A stretch of DNA of 64,000 nt from Nanobdellota archaeon (lineage in GTDB: Archaea; Nanobdellota; Nanobdellia; Pacearchaeales; GW2011-AR1): positions 2,339-66,338 of the forward strand of contig DUKY01000015.1 of assembly GCA_013329055.1 (NCBI GenBank), read 5' to 3'. Below the pieces are notes generated by a model. It was not told the DNA's origin. It saw only the letters and a list, made by a program, of their open reading frames with translations, and ran no database searches. Shown in pieces: positions 19,327 to 29,830 of this stretch. Each line of letters begins with the position of its first letter. Position 1 is the first letter of the stretch. Both the position numbers and the translations under genes were made by a program.

Positions 19327-19890
19327 ATGATGAAAAAAGCACTTATTATAACAGGTAATCTTGTTCAGGATCATGAATTTATTTATCCTTATTATCGATT
19401 AAAAGAAGAGGGTTTTCAAGTTGTTACAGCATTAAAAGATGCAAAATTCTGTGTAGGAAGTTTAGGAACAAATATCCCCTCAGACAAAGATGCAAAAGTT
19501 ATATCTTATGAAGAAATGAAAATCGGAGATTTTGATTTAATCGTTATTCCTGGAGGAGCTAAATGCATGGAATATCTAAGACAAAATCAATTAGTTTTAG
19601 ATTTCATAAATAAATGGAATCAAGAAGGAAAAATTATTTCTAGTATTTGTCATGGTGCACAAATGCTTATTTCTTCGAAAATTGTTAAGGGAAGAAAAAT
19701 TTCTGGATATTATAGTATAAAAGATGATATAAATAATGCTGGAGCAATATATGTTGATGCTCCTTTTGTGACTGATAAAAATATTGTTAGTTGCCCACAT
19801 TACAAATATTTAGGGGATTGGATGAAAGAAACTATTAGGCTTTACAAAGAAAAAAATGGTTCAAAAGATTCTTCAAACGGACTTAGATAA
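19327..19890 (+). CDS. DJ-1/PfpI family (class I glutamine-amidotransferase-like) protein
   Basis: LVIPGG...SICHGAQMLI nucleophile-elbow Cys-His. Confidence 0.7.
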   Translation: MMKKALIITGNLVQDHEFIYPYYRLKEEGFQVVTALKDAKFCVGSLGTNIPSDKDAKVISYEEMKIGDFDLIVIPGGAKCMEYLRQNQLVLDFINKWNQEGKIISSICHGAQMLISSKIVKGRKISGYYSIKDDINNAGAIYVDAPFVTDKNIVSCPHYKYLGDWMKETIRLYKEKNGSKDSSNGLR

Positions 19891-20617
19891 AGAAACTCTT
19901 TCGAAAATCCCTAGAATTGTTAACAAGGCTTTAGATAATTTTGATTTTTCGAATGTAATTGTAATTAAACCTTGGGGGAAAGAATATTTATCTTATCGTG
20001 GGATTGATACAGATATTTGGACATTGCACATAAAAAAAGATTGTGGGACATCAATGCACTGTCATCCTAAAAAAAGGACGAGTTTAATAGTACTGGAAGG
20101 AGAAGTTATTTCTTCAACTTTAAAAAATGAATATCATTTAAAAGAAGGAGAAATGGTTCTTTATGAAAAAGGAGTTTTTCACTCGACAAAAGCTATTTCT
20201 AAAAAAGAAGCATTAATTATGGAACTTGAAAGTCCTCCTGAAAAAACAGATTTGGTAAGATTAAAAGATGAATATGGTAGAGAAAAAAAGGGTTATGAGG
20301 CTCAAGAAGAAATGTGTTTTGATTTATCCAAACATGAGAGGATTTTTTTAAATGGAGATGATAAACATAGAAAAGTTGGAAAAATGTGTATCTCTATAAG
20401 GAAATTTGAGAATTATGAAAAGTTTATGGATTATATAAAACATAATAAAAAACTGATAAATATTCTAATTGAAGGAGAAATTGTAAATATTGAAGGCAAA
20501 AAAATTTATTTGCCTGGAGAGCTTGTGGATTTTAATTTAATTGAAAATGAAAAATTAAAAATTTTAAAATTAATTAAAATAATGACTATTCAAAAAAATA
20601 TTTTTGATCATGATTAA
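19856..20617 (+). CDS. Cupin-domain protein, phosphomannose-isomerase type II C-terminal-like
   Basis: KPWGKEYL...HIKKDCGTSMHCHPKKRTSLIVLEGEV is a cupin motif. The only available start overlaps the upstream gene by 35 nt. Confidence 0.5.
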   Translation: MVQKILQTDLDKETLSKIPRIVNKALDNFDFSNVIVIKPWGKEYLSYRGIDTDIWTLHIKKDCGTSMHCHPKKRTSLIVLEGEVISSTLKNEYHLKEGEMVLYEKGVFHSTKAISKKEALIMELESPPEKTDLVRLKDEYGREKKGYEAQEEMCFDLSKHERIFLNGDDKHRKVGKMCISIRKFENYEKFMDYIKHNKKLINILIEGEIVNIEGKKIYLPGELVDFNLIENEKLKILKLIKIMTIQKNIFDHD

Positions 20618-21255
20618 TGGAATTTAAAGGCATATTATTTGATCTTGATGGAACATTAATTGATAGTATGAGGGATAATTTTCTAGCTTGGAAAACTGCA
20701 TTAAAAAATGAAAATATCTCAATAACTGAAGAAGAATATTATCCTTTAGAAGGTCTGCCTGTTCTTGAAATTGCGAAATTCTTCCTTAAAGAAAAAAATT
20801 ATCCCCTGGAAAAAATCCAAAAAATCGTTGAACTTAAACATAAATTTTATAAGGAGAACCATAAAATTAATTTTTATGTAGGAGTTAAAGAATTAATTGA
20901 CTATGTTAAATCTAAAAATATCCTCATTGCTATTGTCACTGCAAGCTCTTATGAAAAATTATACCAAACTGTTCCAAAAGATTTTTTAGATAAATTTGAT
21001 TGTTTAATTTCCGGGGATTGCACAAAAAAGGGAAAACCCTTTCCTGATCCTTATCTTACTGCGACAAAGAAATTAGGTTTAAATCCTAAAGATTGTATTG
21101 TAATTGAAAATGCTCCTATTGGTGTTCAATCTGCGAAAAATGCAAAGATATATTGCATTGCAATAGGTTCAACAGTTTCAAAAGAAAGATTAAATAATGC
21201 AGATTTTTTTGTAAATAAATTCGAAGATTTAATTAATCTAAAACAATTTCAATAA
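20617..21255 (+). CDS. HAD-superfamily hydrolase/phosphatase (beta-phosphoglucomutase-like subfamily)
   Basis: FDLDGTLIDS (motif I), VTASS (motif II), KGKPFPDPY, IENAPIGVQSA. Confidence 0.75.
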   Translation: MEFKGILFDLDGTLIDSMRDNFLAWKTALKNENISITEEEYYPLEGLPVLEIAKFFLKEKNYPLEKIQKIVELKHKFYKENHKINFYVGVKELIDYVKSKNILIAIVTASSYEKLYQTVPKDFLDKFDCLISGDCTKKGKPFPDPYLTATKKLGLNPKDCIVIENAPIGVQSAKNAKIYCIAIGSTVSKERLNNADFFVNKFEDLINLKQFQ

Positions 21256-21322
21256 TTTTAATGCCTAATCTTCCATTATATAAAAATTTATAAAGAAATT
21301 TGTCAATTGAAATTTATTAAAA

Positions 21323-23371
21323 ATGTCAAATTATAAAGCACTAATTTTAGCAGGTGGATTTGGAACAAGACTTCAGGAAGTTGTAAAAAATGTCCCAAAA
21401 CCAATGGCTTCAATTGCAGGAAAACCTTTTTTAGAGCATCAAATAAGATTTTTAAAAAAACATGGAATTGAAGATATAATCCTTGGTGTGCATTATAAAT
21501 CTGGAATTATAAAATCTTATTTTGGAAATGGAATGAGGCAAGATGTGAAATTAACTTATTCTGAAGAAGAGACACCCTTGGATACAGGTGGAGCAGTAAA
21601 ATTAGCACAAAAATATATTGATGGACCTTTCTTAGTTTTAAATGGTGATTCTTATTCCGACGTTAATTTAAATGAATTTATTAAATTTCATGAGATTCAA
21701 AAGACTCCTGGAAGTATGGTTTTACAAAGTTTAGACTCAATAGAACATTATGGGAATGTAGAATTGCAAGGAAACCTCGTTACAGAATTTAAAGAAAAAG
21801 CATCACAAGGCAAAGGCTTAATCAATGCTGGAATTTATTTATTTAAACCTGAAATTTTAGATCAAATTCCAGAATCAACAAAAATCTCTTTGGAAAAAAG
21901 TGTTTTTCCAAATTTAGTAAAAGATAAAAAAATATCCGGATTTGTTCATGATGGTTATTTTATGGATATAGGTAGACCTGAAACTTATTTTCAATTCAAA
22001 AAAGATTTTTTAGAAAGGTTGCAATCTTCAACAGATCTCGAATTAAGAGAAGCCTTAAGAAGAATGTATGATCAAGGTTCTGATATATTATTTATGGTTG
22101 ATTCAGATAAAAAATTTCTGGGTTTATTAACTGACGGAGTAATAAAAAGATATTTGATTAACGGCGGAGATTTTAATGTTAAAGTGACAGATGCAATGAT
22201 TAAAGAACCGGATAATTTAGCAATAATTACTGATAGTGAAGAAAAAATAAAAAAACATCTTCAAGAAGGGGTAAAACAACTTCCTGTGCTTGATGAAAAT
22301 GGAAGGATTCATGACATCCGTTTTAGAACAGAAGAGCTAAAAGAAGAAGAATATCCAACTATCCGTGGAAAAACTCCTTTAAGAATAAGTTTTGCCGGAG
22401 GTGGTACAGATATGCCCTATTTTTTTGAAGAATATGGTGGAGCAGTAATAAGTACTACAATTGATAAATATTGCAGAATTACTGCAAAAAAAAGAGGAGA
22501 TTCAAAGTTAGTTATTGATTCAGATATGGTTGATAAAGAAGCTGTTTTTGATACTGAAAAATTAATTTATGATGGGGGAACATTTGATTTAGTAAAATCA
22601 GTATATAATTTAGTTAATCCTGGTTGTGGAATAGATTTATTTTTAAATAATGATATTCCTCCTGGAAGAGGATTAGGTTCTTCAGCAACCTTCGCAGTTT
22701 TATTAACTAAGATTTTAGGAAAATTAAAAGGAACGGAATTTGGAGATGAAGATCTTGCGGAAATAGCATATAAGGCTGAGACGCAGGAATTAGCAATTAA
22801 GGGAGGAAAACAAGATCAATATGCAGCGATTTTTGGGGGATTCAAATGGATTGAATTTGGAAATGGTGATAAAAAAATCATGCACCCTTTAAGAATAAAA
22901 GAAGATACTTTAAATGAACTTCACAATCATCTTACACTTTGTTATACCGGAAAAGGACATCAATCAACTCATCAACAAAAATCATTAGCAAAAAGTTATA
23001 ATGAAGATCGTTCAAAAACAATTGAAAGATTAAAAAGAATAAAAGAAGGTGCAATATTAACTAGAGATTATTTGCTTTCTCCAACACCAAATTTTAAAGG
23101 GATAGGAGAAATTTTACATCAATCTTGGTTAGCTAAAAAAGAAGTTTCATCAGCTGTAACTAATGAAAGAATTGATAGTCTTTATCAAATTGGAAGAGAC
23201 AATGGTTGTTATGGGGGAAAACTTCTGGGGTCTGGCGGAGGGGGGTATATATTATTCTTTCATTCTCCTGAAAAAAGAAATAAGTTAGAAAAATCTCTTA
23301 TTAATGAAGGTGGGGAAATCCTCGATTTTAATTTTGCAAATGACTGTGCTACAATTTGGAATGGAAAATAA
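21323..23371 (+). CDS. Trifunctional-architecture protein: sugar-1-phosphate nucleotidyltransferase + CBS pair + GHMP sugar kinase (HddC-CBS-HddA-like)
   Basis: N-terminus ALILAGGFGTRLQEVVKNVPKPM. Middle CBS-like segment (FLGLLTDGVIKRYL...LPVLDENGRIHDIRF). C-terminus RISFAGGGTDMPYF and PPGRGLGSSATFAV (GHMP motif). Confidence 0.75.
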   Translation: MSNYKALILAGGFGTRLQEVVKNVPKPMASIAGKPFLEHQIRFLKKHGIEDIILGVHYKSGIIKSYFGNGMRQDVKLTYSEEETPLDTGGAVKLAQKYIDGPFLVLNGDSYSDVNLNEFIKFHEIQKTPGSMVLQSLDSIEHYGNVELQGNLVTEFKEKASQGKGLINAGIYLFKPEILDQIPESTKISLEKSVFPNLVKDKKISGFVHDGYFMDIGRPETYFQFKKDFLERLQSSTDLELREALRRMYDQGSDILFMVDSDKKFLGLLTDGVIKRYLINGGDFNVKVTDAMIKEPDNLAIITDSEEKIKKHLQEGVKQLPVLDENGRIHDIRFRTEELKEEEYPTIRGKTPLRISFAGGGTDMPYFFEEYGGAVISTTIDKYCRITAKKRGDSKLVIDSDMVDKEAVFDTEKLIYDGGTFDLVKSVYNLVNPGCGIDLFLNNDIPPGRGLGSSATFAVLLTKILGKLKGTEFGDEDLAEIAYKAETQELAIKGGKQDQYAAIFGGFKWIEFGNGDKKIMHPLRIKEDTLNELHNHLTLCYTGKGHQSTHQQKSLAKSYNEDRSKTIERLKRIKEGAILTRDYLLSPTPNFKGIGEILHQSWLAKKEVSSAVTNERIDSLYQIGRDNGCYGGKLLGSGGGGYILFFHSPEKRNKLEKSLINEGGEILDFNFANDCATIWNGK

Positions 23372-23397
23372 TATTACTACTTTAATTTATTAAAATT

Positions 23398-24693
23398 TTA
23401 TCTTAATTCTTTATCCATCTCTTCTCGAATTCTAATTAAATCATTAGATGTCAACTCATCTGTTCTGACTTCACAAGAATATTCTCCTGGTTTTCCCTTG
23501 GCAACTGATCTTTGAGAGGAAAAATTGATATTATTGAAATATAACCCATTCCATTCCCTTGTATATCCGTCATATTTTGTGGAAGGTTGAGAATGATTGT
23601 ATATCGTTGATCCTGGATAGGGGGTCATAATTGTAACATCAAAATTATTAGGTTTGTTTTCTTTTAGCCAATCTATTGTTTTTTCAATATCTTTATATGT
23701 TTCAGATGGATGCCCAATTATTGTAAACGCTTTATATGTCAAACCTGCATCCATAATCATCTTAGCCGCTTGAGAATTTATTTCCGGTGTTGTGCCCTTG
23801 TTTGTCATTTTTAATATTCTTTCAGATCCACTTTCAACACCTGAACATAACTCGACAAAACCAGCTTTTACTAATGCCTCAAGAGTTTCTGGATGCTTTA
23901 CTAATAAATCTGAACGAATAAATCCTCTATGCTGATAATTCCTATCTTTCAACAATTCTGAAATTTTCATAAGTCTTTTTGGATTTACATTTACTTCATC
24001 ATCATACCACATAAAAGATTCAAACCCAAAATTTTTATTCAAATAATCTAATTCTTCCAAAATTTTTTCTGGGCTTTTGCTTCTAGGTATTTTATACATC
24101 TCTATATCTCTTCCACAGCAAAAAGTACATTTAAATGGGCAACCTCTTTGAGTAACAATTGTTGTTGTTGACTTGCCTTTTAATGAATATTCGTATGAAA
24201 GTATGTCTATTAATTTTCTATCTGGTATGGGTTTTTCATTTATATCTTTAATTAATTTTTGGACATTCCAACCCTTTTGTAAATTAAAAGGATCAATTTC
24301 ATCACCTTCCCCTACTACTATGTGATCAAATTCCATTAATGGCTTGATGTTCACATCTTCTGTTCTTCCATTTTTCATTAAAGAATAAATTGCTGAAGGA
24401 TGAGCTCCACCAATAATTGTTTTAATTTTTGGTATCTTTTTCTTTAGTTCTTTGTGTAATTTATATGTATCAACAAATTGTGGTGTTGTTGATGAAAAAC
24501 CTATATGTGTTTCATCTTGAATCTCATTGAACATTTTTTTCAAAGGATTTTCATTGCCACATAAGTCTATAATTCTCGCATTATATCCTTTTTCTTTCAA
24601 TGAAGTTGTTAATTGTAGCAAACCTGAATTTGGAAAAACTTTATCATTTATTAAAAAAGGTGAAGGGGGATTAATTAAAGCAATTTTTTTCAT
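23398..24693 (-). CDS. B12-binding-domain radical SAM enzyme (rSAM-C)
   Basis: MKKIALINPP..., IIGGAHPS, TQRGCPFKCTFCCG (CxxxCxxC), GVESGSE. Confidence 0.8.
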   Translation of the reverse strand: MKKIALINPPSPFLINDKVFPNSGLLQLTTSLKEKGYNARIIDLCGNENPLKKMFNEIQDETHIGFSSTTPQFVDTYKLHKELKKKIPKIKTIIGGAHPSAIYSLMKNGRTEDVNIKPLMEFDHIVVGEGDEIDPFNLQKGWNVQKLIKDINEKPIPDRKLIDILSYEYSLKGKSTTTIVTQRGCPFKCTFCCGRDIEMYKIPRSKSPEKILEELDYLNKNFGFESFMWYDDEVNVNPKRLMKISELLKDRNYQHRGFIRSDLLVKHPETLEALVKAGFVELCSGVESGSERILKMTNKGTTPEINSQAAKMIMDAGLTYKAFTIIGHPSETYKDIEKTIDWLKENKPNNFDVTIMTPYPGSTIYNHSQPSTKYDGYTREWNGLYFNNINFSSQRSVAKGKPGEYSCEVRTDELTSNDLIRIREEMDKELR

Positions 24694-24763
24694 AGAAAAA
24701 AGAGATAAATTTTATTTAAAAATATATTGGTAATCTATTATCTTTTAAAATAAAATTATGACT

Positions 24764-25678
24764 CTAGAATTTGTTTCTAATGAAAGGATTAAATTTTTTT
24801 AAAATTCGATTAAAACTTTTTTTAATAAAAAATCTAGAATAAACTTTGCTATACTTTTTGTTTATTTTAATCTTTTGTTTTTGGAAGTTGCCTATTGGTG
24901 AGTATCTTCGTATTGGTATTGAAGGATCAACTTCAGTTGTATGTGTGGCATCTTTGCCAAATCCGATATTTGTAACAAGATTATGCTTTGGTATAATGCA
25001 AACTCCATTGAGAAGTCCACAAATAACTGTCCATTGATAATCTGAGGTTTGTATTTTTCCTTCATAAAATGCTTGAATTATTTGTTGAGATTTTATAGCA
25101 ATTAATAATCCTTCTTTTCTTAATTGTCGAAAAAAGAATTTAATTCTAACTTTGGGCCATATTTTTAAATTTACATCTTGATGTTTCCATGCTCTTTTCC
25201 ATGTTGCCCAACCCCAAAAATTAAATGCTGTATCTGAAAAGAAATAATCTTCTTTAATTTTTGTTATTTCTCCTACATTTGTACCAGAAATATGCATTAC
25301 TCTTTCATCATCTTTATACATCTTTAACATTTGGCTACAAAAATCAAAAAAGGCCTCACTTGTTAGAACATCATCTTCAATAATAATCCCATATTCTTCC
25401 TCTTTAAACATCATTTTCATAGCATTATCAAATGATTCTTCAATACCTTTATTTTTTTTATTAAATACTTTCTGAACTTTGCAATTCCAATCTACTTGTG
25501 AGACAATACTTCTTACTTTTTCTACTTTTTCTCTTTCTTCCTCATTTCGTGGGCCGTCTACAGATATATAAAGTTTCTTTGGTTTTACTTTTCTAATCTC
25601 TGCAAATGTTTTTTCAGCTGCCCAAGGTCTATTAAATGCTACAAATAATATTGGCACATCTAATTGTTTTTTTTTCAT
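24764..25678 (-). CDS. GT-A-fold nucleotide-diphospho-sugar transferase, paralog 1
   Basis: PILFVAFNRP...LYISVDGPRN...IIIEDDV (DxD-like). Paralog of 28836-29768. Confidence 0.55.
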   Translation of the reverse strand: MKKKQLDVPILFVAFNRPWAAEKTFAEIRKVKPKKLYISVDGPRNEEEREKVEKVRSIVSQVDWNCKVQKVFNKKNKGIEESFDNAMKMMFKEEEYGIIIEDDVLTSEAFFDFCSQMLKMYKDDERVMHISGTNVGEITKIKEDYFFSDTAFNFWGWATWKRAWKHQDVNLKIWPKVRIKFFFRQLRKEGLLIAIKSQQIIQAFYEGKIQTSDYQWTVICGLLNGVCIIPKHNLVTNIGFGKDATHTTEVDPSIPIRRYSPIGNFQKQKIKINKKYSKVYSRFFIKKSFNRILKKFNPFIRNKF

Positions 25679-25763
25679 ATTTTCAAATCTAATATTTTTT
25701 AATTATATAAAACATCTAAAAAACTTTATATACTTATCCTTAGTTTTTTTGATTAAGAATAAA

Positions 25764-26399
25764 ATGAAAATTGTTATCTATGGTGCAGGTGGGCATGGCA
25801 AGGTAATTTATGATGCCGTAATTAGTGAAGGAAAGAATGAAGTGATTGGATTTATTGACGATGGAAAAAATAAGGGGGAAAATATTCTAGATTGTGAAAT
25901 TTTAGGTGGAAAAAAAGATTTAGAAAAATTAATTAAAGAAGGTAAAATTGAAGGGATTATTGTTGCTTTTGCAGATGTTACAGGGGCTAATAAGTTAAGA
26001 GAAAAATTTAATCATGAATTTAAAAGTATTGGATTAAAAGTAGTTGGGGTTATTCATCCAATGGCTATTATTTCAAATTATGCTTCCATTCATCCAACAG
26101 CACAAATCTTGGCTGGAGCGATGATTTCTGTTGGAAGCAAAATTGGTGAAGGGACAATTGTCAATCATTATGCTAAAGTAGATCATGATTGTAATATTGG
26201 AAATTATGTGCATTTGGCTCCAAATGCTACTTTGTGTGGAAATGTTTCTGTAAATAATTATTCCTATATTGGGGCATCTTCTTCGATAAAAGAAAAAATA
26301 AAAATTGGAAAAAGTGTTATTGTTGGTATGGGTTCAGCAGTAATAAATGATGTTTTGGATTTTAGAAGAGTAATTGGTGTCCCAGCTAAAGAAAAATAA
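25764..26399 (+). CDS. NeuD/PglD-type sugar N-acetyltransferase (left-handed beta-helix). Start moved to the ATG at 25764.
   Basis: KIVIYGAGGHGKVIYDAV N-terminal domain followed by hexapeptide repeats (IHPTAQI..GAMISVGSKIGEGTIVNH...). Confidence 0.75.
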   Translation: MKIVIYGAGGHGKVIYDAVISEGKNEVIGFIDDGKNKGENILDCEILGGKKDLEKLIKEGKIEGIIVAFADVTGANKLREKFNHEFKSIGLKVVGVIHPMAIISNYASIHPTAQILAGAMISVGSKIGEGTIVNHYAKVDHDCNIGNYVHLAPNATLCGNVSVNNYSYIGASSSIKEKIKIGKSVIVGMGSAVINDVLDFRRVIGVPAKEK

Positions 26400-26402
26400 T
26401 AA

Positions 26403-27530
26403 TTAATTTTGATTTAAAATTGTAAGCCCTTCTTTTAAATTTTCTACTATATAATCTATCTCTTCTTCTTTTAAATTACTGTAAAACGGAAGAGCAATAG
26501 TTCTTTTTGAAAATTTTTCTGCATTTGGGAATTCCCCCCCGGTAAATCCAAATTTTTCTTTAAAAACTGGTTGTGTATGAATGCATGGAAAATATGCTCT
26601 GGATGAAATACCTTTTCCTTCGAGATATTTTATCAAATTATCTCTAATTTTTTGATCTACTTGAATAAAAAAGATATACCAACTGATTTTTATATCTGGA
26701 AATTTTGGTGGAAGTCTAATTCCTTTTATCCCTTTTAATTTTTGAATATATTCATTAGCAATTTTTTCTCTTTTTGAAAGGATTTCATCAATTCTTTGCA
26801 TTTGAGCACAACCAAGTGCACAACTCAGTTCATTGATCCAATAATTATATCCTATCCTTTCATGTATTGCCCATCCATAATCTGCACTTCCATGATGTCT
26901 TAAACTCTTGCATAGTTTTGCAATTTTTTCGTCTGATGTTACAATCATTCCCCCTTCACCTGTTGTTATTTGTTTATTTGGAAAAAATGCAAATGTAGCA
27001 ATATTTGCTTTTTTACCCACTCTTTCACCTTTGTATTCTGAACCAATTGCTTCACAAGAATCTTCTATAACATAAAGATTATGTTTTTTTGCAATCTCCA
27101 TGATTTTATCCATGTCACATGGATATCCAAAATAATCAACAGTAAGAATTGCTTTAGTTTTTGGGGTAATCTTTGCTTCTATTTTTGTAGGATCAAGATT
27201 TCCTGTTTCTGAATCAACATCTGAAAAAACAGGGGTTACTCTTTCCATCATTAAACAACTTGTAGATGCAATAAAGCTAAGTGGTGTAGTTATAACTTCA
27301 TCCCCTTCTGTTAATCCCAATGCCTTAACTGCTAAATGAAGTGCACTAGTCCCACTATTTACTGCTATTGCATAAGGAACATTAATATAATTAGCTATTC
27401 TTTCTTCAAATTCTTTTAATTCTGGTCCCCTACTAATTATTGGGCTTTTTAATACTCCCACGACTCTTTCAATTTCTAAATCAGTTATATCTTGAGATGA
27501 AAGGGGTATGTTCCTCTTAATTTTTTCCAT
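26403..27530 (-). CDS. DegT/PglE/PseC-type PLP-dependent sugar aminotransferase
   Basis: NSGTSALHLAVKALG, IEDSCEAIGSEY, FAFFPNKQITTGEGGM (PLP-Lys region). Confidence 0.8.
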   Translation of the reverse strand: MEKIKRNIPLSSQDITDLEIERVVGVLKSPIISRGPELKEFEERIANYINVPYAIAVNSGTSALHLAVKALGLTEGDEVITTPLSFIASTSCLMMERVTPVFSDVDSETGNLDPTKIEAKITPKTKAILTVDYFGYPCDMDKIMEIAKKHNLYVIEDSCEAIGSEYKGERVGKKANIATFAFFPNKQITTGEGGMIVTSDEKIAKLCKSLRHHGSADYGWAIHERIGYNYWINELSCALGCAQMQRIDEILSKREKIANEYIQKLKGIKGIRLPPKFPDIKISWYIFFIQVDQKIRDNLIKYLEGKGISSRAYFPCIHTQPVFKEKFGFTGGEFPNAEKFSKRTIALPFYSNLKEEEIDYIVENLKEGLTILNQN

Positions 27531-27619
27531 ATCTTATTAAATAGGATTATCTTTTTTAAAACTTTATATTGATATTTTTACAGCAAAATCTTTAAAAATG
27601 AATTTCTTCTCGTTTTCTT

Positions 27620-28717
27620 ATGAGAAATAATCATGTTATTCAAGAAGATTTAAAGAATATTTCTGAGGAACTTCATGACCTCTCATATAATCTTCAAGGA
27701 AAAACAGTATTAATTACTGGGGGTGCAGGATTTTTAGGAAAATATATTGTTTACTCTTTACAATATCTTAACGAAAACAAATTTACGAATCCATGTAAAA
27801 TTATTGTTTTAGATAACTATATTGTTGGAACAAAGGGAATTTTTGATAAAGACCCAAATTTGCAAATTATTGAGCAAGATATTATAAAACCATTTGATAT
27901 AGAAGGGAATGTTGATTATATTTTTCATGCTGCAAGTATTGCTTCTCCTGTTTTTTATCATAAATATCCTATTGAAACTATTGATGTTGGTTTTTTTGGG
28001 ACAAAAAATATGCTTGAATTAGCAAGAGAAAAAAAAGTAAAAAGTTTTATGTTTTTTAGTTCAAGTGAAGTATATGGAAATCCTCCTGCTGATATGATTC
28101 CAACCCTTGAATCTTATAATGGAAATGTTTCCTTTACCGGTCCTAGGGCTCATTATGATGAACCAAAAAGACTTGGAGAAACTCTTTGTATGACTTATGA
28201 AAAAGTACATAAGGTCCCAGTAAAGGTCGTAAGGCCATTTAATATTTATGGTCCTGGAATGAGGTTAGATGATGGAAGAGGAATTACTAATTTTGTAGTT
28301 CAAGGATATAAAAAATCTAAAATTTTTGTATATGGCAACGGAAGAAATACTCGTACATGGTGCTATATAAGTGATGCAATAATTGGGCTTTTTAAAATAC
28401 TTCTTTCAGAGAATCAGGGACAAGCTTACAATCTTGGAACAGATAGGGGGGAAATTGAGATGGTCGACCTTGCTGAATTGACTTCAAGTTTGATGGAAAA
28501 TAATCCTGAAGTAATCTTTGTTGATGGACCGATTAATGTTTATAAAGACGCAGATGTAAATCGAAGATGTGCAAATATCAATAAAATTAGGTCAGAACTA
28601 AAATTCGAACCCAAGGTTAGTTTAGTTCGTGGATTAAGGAGGTTTATTCTTTGGACTGGGGAAGAATTAAAAAGACAATCTTTAATTGAAAAAACTTCTT
28701 ATTTTAAAAAAGAATAA
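27620..28717 (+). CDS. UDP-glucuronate decarboxylase (UXS)/ArnA-C-like extended SDR
   Basis: VLITGGAGFLGKYIV, ASPVFYHKYPIETIDVGFFGTKNMLELA, SSSEVYGNP, YDEPKRLGE. Confidence 0.6.
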   Translation: MRNNHVIQEDLKNISEELHDLSYNLQGKTVLITGGAGFLGKYIVYSLQYLNENKFTNPCKIIVLDNYIVGTKGIFDKDPNLQIIEQDIIKPFDIEGNVDYIFHAASIASPVFYHKYPIETIDVGFFGTKNMLELAREKKVKSFMFFSSSEVYGNPPADMIPTLESYNGNVSFTGPRAHYDEPKRLGETLCMTYEKVHKVPVKVVRPFNIYGPGMRLDDGRGITNFVVQGYKKSKIFVYGNGRNTRTWCYISDAIIGLFKILLSENQGQAYNLGTDRGEIEMVDLAELTSSLMENNPEVIFVDGPINVYKDADVNRRCANINKIRSELKFEPKVSLVRGLRRFILWTGEELKRQSLIEKTSYFKKE

Positions 28718-28835
28718 ATTTTTAGTGCTAGCAAGGTTATATTTACTCAAAAAAAGATGAGAGTAGATTAATTAAGATTGTTTTTCATAAAATCTATTAA
28801 TGATATTTTTAAAAATATTGTTATGATATAACTTT

Positions 28836-29768
28836 ATGCAAAAATTCAAATTAACAACTCCAGTATTATTTATGGTTTTTAATAGGTTAGATACTACTAA
28901 ACAGGTTTTTGGAGAAATCAAAAAAGCAAAACCCCAAAAACTTTTTATTGCTTGTGATGGTCCAAGAAATACAGAAGAGAAGAAAAAAACAGATGCTGTT
29001 CGAAGTTATATCCTTAAAAATATTAGTTGGAAATGTGAAGTAAAAACCTTATTTAGAGAAAAAAATTTAGGATGCAAATATGCTGTTGCTGGAGCAATTG
29101 ATTGGTTTTTTGAAAATGTTGAACAAGGGATAATTTTAGAAGATGATTGTTTACCATCACAATCTTTTTTTAGATTTTGCCAAGAGATGCTTGAAAAATA
29201 TAGTGATAATCCAGAAATTATGCACATTTCTGGAACAAATATTGAAATTAAATCCAAAATAAAAGAAGATTATTTTTTTTCAAATGTCTTTAATGTTTGG
29301 GGTTGGGCAACATGGAAAAGGGTATGGAAAAAATATGATGTTGGCATGAAAGGTTGGCCACAGTATAGATGGACTTTTTTTAAATTTTTAAGAAAATATC
29401 CTCTTTTTAATAAAATTAATACTTTAAGGATTTATGAATTAACTTATAGTAATAAAATTAATACATGGGATTATCAATGGGGATTTGCGTGTAAAATTAA
29501 TAATGGGTTAGCAATTATCCCAAAAGTAAATTTAATAACTAATTTAGGGTTTGACGAAGGAACTCATACAACTAATTACAAAAAAAATGAAAAAACTTTA
29601 GAAAGATTTAAACTGGACTTTCCTTTGAATGAAAATAAAATCGTTGAGCCTCGAGTAAATTATCTTAAAAGTTATTTAAGTTTTTTTTCAAATTTTAGTC
29701 TATTTTCATTTTATGATTTTTTCAGTTATTTGTTGAAAAAAATATTTAAAAAATTAGGTAAATTTTAA
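28836..29768 (+). CDS. GT-A-fold nucleotide-diphospho-sugar transferase, paralog 2
   Basis: PVLFMVFNRL...LFIACDGPRN...IILEDDC...MHISGTNI...WGWATWKR. Colinear with 24764-25678. Confidence 0.55.
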   Translation: MQKFKLTTPVLFMVFNRLDTTKQVFGEIKKAKPQKLFIACDGPRNTEEKKKTDAVRSYILKNISWKCEVKTLFREKNLGCKYAVAGAIDWFFENVEQGIILEDDCLPSQSFFRFCQEMLEKYSDNPEIMHISGTNIEIKSKIKEDYFFSNVFNVWGWATWKRVWKKYDVGMKGWPQYRWTFFKFLRKYPLFNKINTLRIYELTYSNKINTWDYQWGFACKINNGLAIIPKVNLITNLGFDEGTHTTNYKKNEKTLERFKLDFPLNENKIVEPRVNYLKSYLSFFSNFSLFSFYDFFSYLLKKIFKKLGKF

Positions 29769-29830
29769 TCAAAGTTATATATATAAATAGTTATGGAAAA
29801 GGTTTTAAACATCTAACTTAAATAAGTTTT

